From the NCBI GenBank assembly GCA_035510855.1, contig DATKGG010000069.1, positions 9,788 to 73,787 of the forward strand: DNA of 64,000 nucleotides, in the 5' to 3' direction. The translations under genes were made by a program, and so were the position numbers. Shown piece after piece: positions 38,907 to 46,765 of the stretch. Positions within the stretch are counted from its first letter, which is position 1. Each line of letters starts with the position of its first letter. The notes beneath the pieces were generated by a model, which worked only from the letters and a program-made list of their open reading frames with translations, ran no database searches and was not told the DNA's origin. The stretch comes from Acidimicrobiales bacterium. GTDB taxonomy: Bacteria > Actinomycetota > Acidimicrobiia > Acidimicrobiales > RAAP-2.

Positions 38907-40849
38907 GCGGTCAGCTCCTCGGGGGCGCCTGCCGCGCGAGTGACCTGTGTCGCGAACTGGGTCTCGTACAGGTCACGGTACAGCCCGCTGTGCGCCAGCA
39001 GCTTGACGTGCGTGCCGCGATCCACGATCTGTCCGTGATCGATCACGAGGATCTCGTCGGCGTTGCGGACCGTCGACAGACGGTGGGCGATCACGACCGA
39101 GGTGCGCCCCGCGAGCGTCACGTCCAGGGCGCGCTGGACGGCGACCTCGCTCTCTGCGTCGAGGTGCGCGGTCGCCTCGTCGAGGACCACGACCCGCGGT
39201 GCCTTCAAGAGCAGCCGCGCGAGCGCGACACGCTGCTTCTCGCCGCCTGAGAGCCGGTAGCCGCGCTCCCCCACGATCGTGTCGAGGCCGTTGGGCAGCG
39301 AGCGGATGAGCCCGAGGATCTGGGCGGACTCGAGTGCGGCGTCGAGCTCGTGGTCAGTGGCGTTCGGCCTCGCGTAGAGGAGGTTCGCGCGCAGGGAGTC
39401 GTGGAAGAGGTGTGCGTCCTGGGTGACCACCCCCACGGTGTCGACGATGCTCGCGGTCGTCGCTCCTCGCAGCTCGACGCCGTTGATGAGCACCTTGCCG
39501 CCCGTCGGGTCGTAGAGCCTCGGAATGAGCGCGGACATGGTCGTCTTGCCCGCCCCGGAGGGACCGACCAGCGCGGTCATCGTCCCTGGCGCGGCGGTGA
39601 ACGAGACGCCGTGGAGGACCTCGGTGCGGCCGGTGCGCTCCAGCACCGAGACGGCCTCGAGCGAGGCGATCGAGACCTCCTCGGCGCTCGGATAGCTGAA
39701 GTGGACGTCGCTGAACTCGACGGTCGCGGGCCCGGCCGGGATGTCGACGGCGTCGGGCGCCTCGGTAAGCATCGGCGCGAGGTCGAGGACCTCGAAGAGC
39801 CGCTCGAAACTGACCACCGCGCTCATGAGGTCCACGTGGAGGTTCGAGAGCTGGGTGAGAGGGGCGAACAGCCGCGCGAGGTAGATGGTCATGACGACGA
39901 CGGTGCCGATCGCCATCGTGCCGTCGACCACGGACACGCCGCCGAAGCCGTACGCGAACGCCGTCGCGAGGGCCGCGGTCAGGCTCAGCCCAACGAAGTA
40001 CATCCGCTGGTAGGTCGCCTGCTTGATCCCGATGTCGCGGACCCCCGCGGCGCGGTCGTCGAACGCCGCGTGCTCCTCGGTGGGCCGGCCGAAGAGCTTG
40101 ACCAGCATCGCGCCCGAGACGTTGAAGCGCTCCTGCATCATCGTGTTCATCTCGGCGTTCAGCCCCATGCCCTGGCGAAAGAGCTTCGCGAGCCGTGGGC
40201 TGAGCGCCTTGGCGGGCACCATGAACAGCGGGACCAAGATGAGCGCGACGAGCGTGATCTGCCAGGACAGCAGGGCCATGGTGACGAGGACGAGTACGAC
40301 GAGGATCACGTTGCCGACGATGTTGCTGAGCAGGTCCGTGAAGGCCTGCTGGGCACCGATGATGTCGTTGTTCAACCGGCTGATGAGCGCGCCCGTCTGG
40401 GTCCTCGAGAAAAAGGAGATCGGCATCGACTGGATGTGGCGGAAGACCTTGGCCCGCATGTCGTAGATGAGGAACTCGCCGATGAGTGCCGAGATCCGCC
40501 GCTCCGTGAGCGTGAAAAACGCGTCGAGGAGCGCGAGCCCAGCCACGAGCACGGCAAGCCCGATGACGTCGTCGACGCGCGAGTGTCGCGCGGCCAGCGA
40601 GAAGACCTGACCCGCGCTCTGGCGCCTCTCCGCCAGGTTGATGATCTGGCGCAGGATGAGCGGGTTGGCGACGACGACGAACGAGTCGAGAATGACGACG
40701 GTGAGGAACAGGACGAGCATCCGGCGATAGGGCCTCGCGAAGGTGATCATCCGGCGGATGGTCGCGCGCTGGACCCGCTGGTTCAGCACCTCTTGGTCTC
40801 GCCGGAACGAGCGCATCATGCCCATCCCGCCGTGTCCCATTCCCGCCAT
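38903..40849 (-). CDS. ABC exporter, fused permease/ATPase (MsbA-like type)
   Basis: 648 aa. Six-helix TMD, then an NBD with Walker A GPSGAGKTT, signature LSGGEKQR, Walker B VVVLDEATAHLD and H-loop. Confidence 0.9.
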   Translation of the reverse strand: MAGMGHGGMGMMRSFRRDQEVLNQRVQRATIRRMITFARPYRRMLVLFLTVVILDSFVVVANPLILRQIINLAERRQSAGQVFSLAARHSRVDDVIGLAVLVAGLALLDAFFTLTERRISALIGEFLIYDMRAKVFRHIQSMPISFFSRTQTGALISRLNNDIIGAQQAFTDLLSNIVGNVILVVLVLVTMALLSWQITLVALILVPLFMVPAKALSPRLAKLFRQGMGLNAEMNTMMQERFNVSGAMLVKLFGRPTEEHAAFDDRAAGVRDIGIKQATYQRMYFVGLSLTAALATAFAYGFGGVSVVDGTMAIGTVVVMTIYLARLFAPLTQLSNLHVDLMSAVVSFERLFEVLDLAPMLTEAPDAVDIPAGPATVEFSDVHFSYPSAEEVSIASLEAVSVLERTGRTEVLHGVSFTAAPGTMTALVGPSGAGKTTMSALIPRLYDPTGGKVLINGVELRGATTASIVDTVGVVTQDAHLFHDSLRANLLYARPNATDHELDAALESAQILGLIRSLPNGLDTIVGERGYRLSGGEKQRVALARLLLKAPRVVVLDEATAHLDAESEVAVQRALDVTLAGRTSVVIAHRLSTVRNADEILVIDHGQIVDRGTHVKLLAHSGLYRDLYETQFATQVTRAAGAPEELTA

Positions 40850-40955
40850 CAGCCACTCCTCGGTCGATCCATCGTAGGGAGCGCACCGCGGCGCAGGGCG
40901 AGGGCGGTGCCGCGACGTACAGTGCCGGCGGACGACGACACACCAAGGAGCTCGC

Positions 40956-41618
40956 GTGGAACTGCAAGAGGCCCTCTACACAACCCGCGCGATGCGTCGC
41001 GTGACGTCCGAGGCGATCCCGATGACGAGCCAGGCGAGGATCCTCGACGCCGCGATCCGCGCGCCGTCCGGGGGCAACCAGCAGGGGTGGCGATTCCTGC
41101 TGGTCGACGACGCCGAGACGATCGCTGAACTCGGCCCGCTGTACCGCGACGCGATGGACCAGCTCTGGACGACGGTGTACAAGCCGCGCATCGACGCGGC
41201 GGCCGCCGCTCCTGAGACCGAGGAGAGCCAGCAGTTTGATCGGGTGCAACGATCCGCCCAGTGGCTGGCCGACAACTTCGAGACCGTGCCCTTGTACCTC
41301 TTCGCATTCTCGCGCTACGACCCGTCGGGCAGCTCGATCTACCCGGCGGTCTGGAGCGCGATGCTCGCGGCCCGTGCCGAGGGCATCGGGACGTGCCTCA
41401 CGGCCGTGCTCTCGGTCTTCCACCTGGACGAAGTGCTCGAGCTGCTCGGCGTCCCGAAGGACGCTGGCTGGGTCTGCTCGGCCTGCGTGTCGTTCGGGTA
41501 TCCCACCGGCCGCTGGGGTGTCGCGCCGCGTCGCGCGGTGCACGAGGTCACGTACCGGAATCGCTGGGGCGAGCCGAGCGGCTTCACGGTCGACGAGCCG
41601 CTCTGGCCGCCGCACTGA
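40956..41618 (+). CDS. nitroreductase-family oxidoreductase
   Basis: 220 aa. GTG preceded by AAGGAG. TTRAMRRVTSEAIP...ILDAAIRAPSGGNQQGWRFLLV is the nitroreductase N-terminal signature. Confidence 0.8.
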   Translation: MELQEALYTTRAMRRVTSEAIPMTSQARILDAAIRAPSGGNQQGWRFLLVDDAETIAELGPLYRDAMDQLWTTVYKPRIDAAAAAPETEESQQFDRVQRSAQWLADNFETVPLYLFAFSRYDPSGSSIYPAVWSAMLAARAEGIGTCLTAVLSVFHLDEVLELLGVPKDAGWVCSACVSFGYPTGRWGVAPRRAVHEVTYRNRWGEPSGFTVDEPLWPPH

Positions 41619-42765
41619 CTGAACCTGTCGCGCGCTTGGCAACGAGCACCGTGCGGTAGGCGCCAAGCAGGGCGTCGACGACGACTTGTGGCGAGTGCGC
41701 GGCCGCGACGTCTGCGCCGTAGGCCTCGCACGCCGAGCGTGCGGGCCCGTCGGCGAGCAGCATCCGCACCGCGCCCGCCATCCCCTCGACGTGGCCGTCG
41801 GGCACCACGACGCCCGCACCGCTGCCGAGCAGGTCGCTGACGCCGGGGACATCGGAGCCCACGATCGCGATCCCCGAGCGAAGCGCCTCGAGCAGCGTGA
41901 CGGGCAGGCCCTCGGACCGTGAGGCGAAGAGCAGCACACGGTGGCCCGCGAGCAGTTCGGCGAGCGCCTCGCGCGAGTAGGGCCCGCCGAGCGTCGCGCG
42001 GTCGCCGAGATCGTCGGCGAGGCCAGCGGCGACGTGGGCGGGGTCCTCGAGCCCGTGCCAGGACACCGTGGTGGCCGAGTCGGCGCGAAGCAGCGACTCG
42101 AGGACGCGGATGGCGACGTCACCGCCCTTTCGCCACGAGGCCGCGCCGAGCACCAGGACGTCACGTGACGGCGCCCGAGGAAGACGCTGCACCGCGCCGT
42201 CGAGCACCGGCGAGGTACGCCAGACCCGATCACTGGCGACGCCGAGGCTGCGCTCGGCGAATCGGACCTCGGCGTCGTTCAGCAAGAGTGCGCCGTCGGC
42301 GACGGCGAAGGAGTGTGCGACCTCGCGAAGCCGGATCCCGCCGTGGTACAGCGAGTACCGCCAGCGCAGATCGAGCTCGCCGGCGCGTGCTGCGCTGCGG
42401 CGTCGCTCGCTCGCGAGGTGCTCGAGCCCGTGGCTCCGAGTGAAGACGGCAGTCGACGCGGCGCGCACCCGACTCGCCGAGACATAGGCGAGGTCGCCGC
42501 TCGAAGCGTCGATCACGTCCACGTCGGCGCGGTCAAGCCGGCGCCGCACGATCCGGGCGACGTGGTGCGGAAAGGCGATCGAGTCGACCGTCGTACCGCG
42601 CCGTCGAGCGAGATCGTCGAAGCCGAGGACCTCGACTCGATGGCCGCGGTCCTGGAGCTCGGCCGCGAGCGCGAGCGTCGTGCCGGCTGCCCCGGTGCCC
42701 TGCTCGAGTGAGTGGTGGACGGTGAGCAGGACCGAGAGGCCCTCGTCCGCCATCCCCGCCACCAT
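41584..42765 (-). CDS. glycosyltransferase family 4
   Basis: 393 aa (alternative ATG at 42753). LSVLLTVHHSLEQGTGAAG and E-x7-E (SRSEGLPVTLLEALRSGIA). Its 3' end overlaps the nitroreductase by 35 nt. Confidence 0.75.
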   Translation of the reverse strand: MVAGMADEGLSVLLTVHHSLEQGTGAAGTTLALAAELQDRGHRVEVLGFDDLARRRGTTVDSIAFPHHVARIVRRRLDRADVDVIDASSGDLAYVSASRVRAASTAVFTRSHGLEHLASERRRSAARAGELDLRWRYSLYHGGIRLREVAHSFAVADGALLLNDAEVRFAERSLGVASDRVWRTSPVLDGAVQRLPRAPSRDVLVLGAASWRKGGDVAIRVLESLLRADSATTVSWHGLEDPAHVAAGLADDLGDRATLGGPYSREALAELLAGHRVLLFASRSEGLPVTLLEALRSGIAIVGSDVPGVSDLLGSGAGVVVPDGHVEGMAGAVRMLLADGPARSACEAYGADVAAAHSPQVVVDALLGAYRTVLVAKRATGSVSAAARAARRP

Positions 42766-43484
42766 CAGATCAACGGCTCGTTCTCGCCTCGCATGAAGAG
42801 CCGCTCGAGCCCGTGAAGCCCACGGCGGCGCGCGAGCTTGATCGCCACCATCCGCGCGAAGAACGCGAGGCGCGGGCTGAGCCGGATCGCGTCGAGCACC
42901 GCGCCGGTCACGCTTCGCTCCTCCTTTTGGAACTCAACCAAGGTGCGTTCGCAGCCGACATAGCGGTATCGACGGGTCCACCACAGGCGTCGGAGCACGG
43001 CTCGTGTGGTGCCGATCGCGCTGAAGGCGTCGTGCAACAGCATCGTCCCGCCCGTGACGAGGTGTCGATCCCAGCCGTCGATGTCGATGAGCACGCTGTT
43101 GCGATCGTGCGCCCCGTCGATCCACGCGAGTGCGACCGGCAGCCCGCTCCACGTGCTCGCCGCCTCTTGAGAGACCCCGCGGTGCAGCTCGACTCGGTCG
43201 GCGACACCGGCGCGCTCGAGGTTGGCCCTGAAGATCTCGAGAGACTCGGGGCCGCCGCCCCACCGCGGATCGTCGAACGGGTCGATCGCGGTCAGTGTCG
43301 CTCCGGTGCTGAGGCCCGACGCGAGCAGGATCGTGGACTTGCCACGGTGGCTGCCCACCTCGATCGCGGCACGACCCTGTGGCACCTGGGTCGCGGCGTC
43401 GAACAAGGCTCGACCTTGCTGCGGCGTCAGCCAGCCCTCAACGCCGTCGGCAATCGCCCAGGCGTCAGCGAAGGATCCCGGCAC
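42765..43484 (-). CDS. class I SAM-dependent methyltransferase (Methyltransf_24-like)
   Basis: 239 aa. GTG start. VEGWLTPQQGRALFDAA, IEVGSHRGKSTILLA, AWIDGAHD. The stop overlaps the downstream GT4 start by 1 nt. Confidence 0.7.
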   Translation of the reverse strand: MPGSFADAWAIADGVEGWLTPQQGRALFDAATQVPQGRAAIEVGSHRGKSTILLASGLSTGATLTAIDPFDDPRWGGGPESLEIFRANLERAGVADRVELHRGVSQEAASTWSGLPVALAWIDGAHDRNSVLIDIDGWDRHLVTGGTMLLHDAFSAIGTTRAVLRRLWWTRRYRYVGCERTLVEFQKEERSVTGAVLDAIRLSPRLAFFARMVAIKLARRRGLHGLERLFMRGENEPLI

Positions 43485-43575
43485 CCGCGCAATCTACCGA
43501 GCGGCGCTGTCACCGAGCGTCGCGTGGCGACCCACGTATGCTCGAGACAGGAGCGCGGCACGAGCCGTGGGCACG

Positions 43576-44244
43576 ATGGCATCACCAAGTTACGAAGAGA
43601 TCGACGCAGTCCTCGCGGACCTCGTCGCGCCATCGGACGGCGCGCTCGATCATGCCCTCGCCACGTCGACCGAGGGCGGTCTTCCCCAGATCCAGGTCGC
43701 CGCGGTGCAGGGAAGGTTCCTTGAGCTGCTGGTCAAGGCGATCGGCGCGTCGACCGTCTTGGAGGTGGGGACGCTCGGCGGCTACTCGACGATCCACCTT
43801 GCCCGTGGCATCCGCCCGGGCGGCAAGGTGACCACCCTCGAGCTCGACGAGCACCACGCCGACGTCGCACGTGCGAACTTCGTCGCTGCCGGTCTGGACG
43901 ACCGCATCGAAGTCATCGTGGGGCCGGCGCTCGAGTCGATTCGCAAGCTGCAGGCGAGCGGCTACGGACCGGTCGACTTCATGTTCATCGACGCCGACAA
44001 GCCGAACAACACGAACTACGCGCGCGCGGGCCTCGAGCTCTCGCACCCCGGCACGATGCTGGTGGTTGACAACGTCGTACGCGGCGGCTCCATCGCGATC
44101 GATCCGCTCCCCGACGACTACGCGCGCGGCGCGCACGAGGTCATCAGCTTCATGGGCAGCGAGCCGAGGATCGACTCGACCGCGCTGCAGGTCGTCGGCC
44201 AAAAGGGCCACGACGGCCTGCTCTTCGGTCTTGTCACCAGCTGA
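43576..44244 (+). CDS. O-methyltransferase (caffeoyl-CoA OMT-like, class I SAM-dependent)
   Basis: ORF 43222..44244 trimmed to ATG 43576. VLEVGTLGGYSTIHLA (SAM motif I), FMFIDADKPNNTNY, GTMLVVDNVVRGG. Confidence 0.8.
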   Translation: MASPSYEEIDAVLADLVAPSDGALDHALATSTEGGLPQIQVAAVQGRFLELLVKAIGASTVLEVGTLGGYSTIHLARGIRPGGKVTTLELDEHHADVARANFVAAGLDDRIEVIVGPALESIRKLQASGYGPVDFMFIDADKPNNTNYARAGLELSHPGTMLVVDNVVRGGSIAIDPLPDDYARGAHEVISFMGSEPRIDSTALQVVGQKGHDGLLFGLVTS

Positions 44245-44256
44245 CGACGACCGCGC

Positions 44257-45255
44257 CTACTCCGAGGGCGGCGTCGTGCCGCCCGTCACGGCAGGTGTCG
44301 TGATCTTTGTGGCCGCGAGACCCTCGACGAGCGCCGCGGCCGCGCCGACGAGGCCGGCCGCCTCGTAGGGGACGACGAGCTTTGCGTTCGGCGACACGGC
44401 GACGTCCTGGAGCGCACGCAGTTGCATGACGGCCAGGGTGTTCGGGTTGATCGCGACCTTGTCGATCGCCGCGAGTGCCGCGGCCTCGCCCTCGCCGTGC
44501 AGCGCCGCGGCTGCCTTCTGGCCCTCGGCGCGCAGCTTCAGGGACTCCTTCTGCGCCTCGGCCGAGAGGATCGCCGCCTGCTTGGCACCCTCGGCCTGGA
44601 GGACCTCGGCCTGCTTCTGTCCCTGTGCGGAGTTGATCGCAGCCTGCTGGTCACCTTCTGACTTGAGGATCGCCGCGCGCTTGTGCTGCTCGGCCTCCTT
44701 CTGCTCGGACATCGCCTGGAGGACGTTGTTCGGCGGACGGATGTCGAGGATCTCGATGCGGTTGAGCCGTACCCCCCACTTCATCGTGGCGTCGGCCATG
44801 TGGTCCTGCATGCGGGTGTTGATCTGCTCGCGCTGGGAGAGCGACTCGTCGAGGGACATCTCGCCGAACACGGCGCGAAGGGCGGTCTTGGAGAGCTGGT
44901 CGATCGCGAGCAGGAAGTCGTTGATCTCGAAAAGCGCCGACTTCACGTCGATCACCTGGCAGAAGATCGTGGCCGAGACCATCACCGAGACGTTGTCCTT
45001 GGTGATGACGGCCTGCTGGTCGCCGACCTGGGGGAACTCTCGCATGTCGACTTTCTCGAGCTGGTCGACGAACGGTGTGATGATCGCGAGTCCGGGCTGG
45101 CGGATCGATCGGAACTCCCCGAGGCGCTTGACGACGCCCACGCTGCCCTGCTGGATGACCTTGACGGCGCTCTTGAGGAACAGGAGCGCACCTCCGACGA
45201 CGACGACTCCGACCACGACCTCGACGATCGCGGCTCCGGTTGACGCAAGGATCAC
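44257..45255 (-). CDS. SPFH/band-7 (stomatin/slipin-like) membrane protein
   Basis: 332 aa. N-terminal TM helix. VIQQGSVGVVKRLGEFRSIRQPGLAIITPFVD...ITKDNVSVMVSATIFCQV...ALRAVFGEMSLDE, then an Ala/Gln/Glu-rich coiled-coil tail. Confidence 0.9.
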   Translation of the reverse strand: MILASTGAAIVEVVVGVVVVGGALLFLKSAVKVIQQGSVGVVKRLGEFRSIRQPGLAIITPFVDQLEKVDMREFPQVGDQQAVITKDNVSVMVSATIFCQVIDVKSALFEINDFLLAIDQLSKTALRAVFGEMSLDESLSQREQINTRMQDHMADATMKWGVRLNRIEILDIRPPNNVLQAMSEQKEAEQHKRAAILKSEGDQQAAINSAQGQKQAEVLQAEGAKQAAILSAEAQKESLKLRAEGQKAAAALHGEGEAAALAAIDKVAINPNTLAVMQLRALQDVAVSPNAKLVVPYEAAGLVGAAAALVEGLAATKITTPAVTGGTTPPSE

Positions 45256-45291
45256 GTTGGCTCCCCTTCTAGAACATTGGCCAACGCGACC

Positions 45292-45504
45292 TTACGCCCC
45301 GTTGGACGGGTAGACGACGAGCAGTCCCCGGTCGATGTCGGCCACCACGACGTCGGTGCCCTGGGCGATCACGAGGTCGGGATCGAGTGGGATCGCCAGC
45401 CACTGCTCGCCGCGGGCGCGAACCGTGCCCGGCTGGTGCTTCCCGTGGATCGCCTTGGTCACGAGCGCGGTCTCGCCGATGAGCCCTTGTACACCACTTC
45501 TCAT
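45292..45504 (-). CDS. NfeD-like OB-fold protein (C-terminal domain only)
   Basis: ORF 45292..45906 trimmed to ATG 45502-45504 (70 aa). LIGETALVTKAIHGKHQPGTVRARGEQWLAIPLDPDLVIAQGTDVVVADIDRGLLVV fits the NfeD C-terminal pattern. It lies immediately upstream of the SPFH gene, the usual NfeD-SPFH operon order. Confidence 0.6.
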   Translation of the reverse strand: MRSGVQGLIGETALVTKAIHGKHQPGTVRARGEQWLAIPLDPDLVIAQGTDVVVADIDRGLLVVYPSNGA

Positions 45505-45526
45505 CGAGGCGTCCTCCCGCGGGCAT

Positions 45527-45548
45527 CGACGTCGCGTCGACGTCGCGT
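45527..45548. repeat. tandem 11-mer (cgacgtcgcgt x2) in a divergent intergenic region
   Basis: Read directly from the sequence at 45527-45537 and 45538-45548. Confidence 0.7.
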
Positions 45549-45592
45549 CGCACCGCGAGTCAACTATACGGCCGGTGGCGCGATTCCCAGAT

Positions 45593-45628
45593 TGACACGG
45601 CGCCATGGCCTCGACGCGAGCCGTGTCA
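45593..45628. repeat. 9-bp perfect inverted repeat (tgacacggc / gccgtgtca) with an 18-nt spacer
   Basis: Arms at 45593-45601 and 45620-45628, ending 12 nt upstream of the GTG at 45640. Function unknown. Confidence 0.6.
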
Positions 45629-45639
45629 CACTCGACGAG

Positions 45640-46269
45640 GTGACCGCGACGCCCGGCTGGTATCCCGATCCACGGGGCACCGGCACCCTTCGGTACTTCG
45701 ACGGCGAGAGCTGGACCGAGCACGTCGCGCTGCCCCCGCCGACCGTGGTCCCGGGGTGGAAGGGAGCACGACTGGGGCGCCCCCCACTCGGCGCCGGCTC
45801 GCTCGCCAACCCCGGGCGCCGCCTGGCCGCACGACTGCTCGACCAGCTGTTCGTCCTGCCGGTGCTGGTCGTGCTCCTGGTCGTCCTGGTGGTCGGGTTC
45901 GCACACGAGATCGCCAGGTGGACCAATGGTCCGTCGAACCAGGCCACGCCGATCGCGGGCATCGTGGCATTCGAGCTCTCGGTCTTCGGGATCATCCTCA
46001 TCTTCTTCGTGTTCTCATTTCTCTACGAGGCCCTCACGACGGTGCGGTGGGGCAGGAGCCCAGGCAAGGCGATCATGAAGATCCGGCCCGTTCGCCTCGA
46101 TGACACCGCGCTCAGCGTCGGGCGCGCGTTCGGAAGGGCTGGCGCGTTCCACGTCGCCGGGTTCGTCCAGCTGCTCCAGATCCTCGACGCGCTGTGGTGC
46201 CTCTGGGACGAGGACGCCCAGTGCCTCCACGACAAGGTCTGCGACACACTGGTCGTGAGCGACGACTGA
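45640..46269 (+). CDS. DUF2510 + RDD-family membrane protein
   Basis: ORF 45277..46269 trimmed to GTG 45640. N-terminal GWYPDPRGTGTLRYFDGESWTEHV (DUF2510). RDD-type region RRLAARLLDQLFVLPVLVV ... CLHDKVCDTLVV with three or more TM helices. Confidence 0.7.
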   Translation: MTATPGWYPDPRGTGTLRYFDGESWTEHVALPPPTVVPGWKGARLGRPPLGAGSLANPGRRLAARLLDQLFVLPVLVVLLVVLVVGFAHEIARWTNGPSNQATPIAGIVAFELSVFGIILIFFVFSFLYEALTTVRWGRSPGKAIMKIRPVRLDDTALSVGRAFGRAGAFHVAGFVQLLQILDALWCLWDEDAQCLHDKVCDTLVVSDD

Positions 46270-46273
46270 GCCG

Positions 46274-46765
46274 TTAGGTGCGCGGCTTCCCGCGAACGGG
46301 CCGACCCGCCGGTGGGGGCGTTGCCACCCATGTCCCGAGCTGGCGGACGGCCTCTTGTTCGTCGACCGCCGCAGCTGCCGCGAGGTCCTCGGCGCTTGCC
46401 CACTTGGGAAACGGCGTCTCGTGGTTGACGTGACGCCCCGACGACGTGTGCTCCTGGTCCACTCTCGCGAGACGCTCGGTGGGGAGCAGTGCTGCCGCCG
46501 CGATGAGTGCGGGCCAGAGCCGGCGATGCACGAGCGTCACCTTGCCGTTCACCGCTCGGCACACCAAGACGTCCTCGTCGCTCGTCACGACCTCGAGCAC
46601 CGCGAAGATCTCGTGCCCCTTCGGATGGCCCCACCAGCTGCCCACGATGGGCTCACCCGCGATCGCCTCGGTCAGCTTGGGCACGGGACCCTTCGCCGCG
46701 ACGAGCACGACGCCGTGCTCTCGGACGAACGCACGCGCGGCTGTGGCGTCCATAGTCGCGCTCAT
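46274..46765 (-). CDS. hypothetical protein
   Basis: ORF 46274..46819 trimmed to ATG 46763-46765, which forms an ATGA overlap with the stop of the repaired GNAT frame. Third-position GC is high. No family recognised. Confidence 0.5.
   Translation of the reverse strand: MSATMDATAARAFVREHGVVLVAAKGPVPKLTEAIAGEPIVGSWWGHPKGHEIFAVLEVVTSDEDVLVCRAVNGKVTLVHRRLWPALIAAAALLPTERLARVDQEHTSSGRHVNHETPFPKWASAEDLAAAAAVDEQEAVRQLGTWVATPPPAGRPVRGKPRT

Noticed and set aside
39354-42233. Longest ORF in the track (959 aa, minus strand).
   Set aside because: The translation is Arg/Pro/Ala/Gly low-complexity. It runs through three independently well-supported genes: out of frame with the ABC exporter, antisense to the nitroreductase, and out of frame with the GT4. 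This is a typical high-GC shadow ORF.
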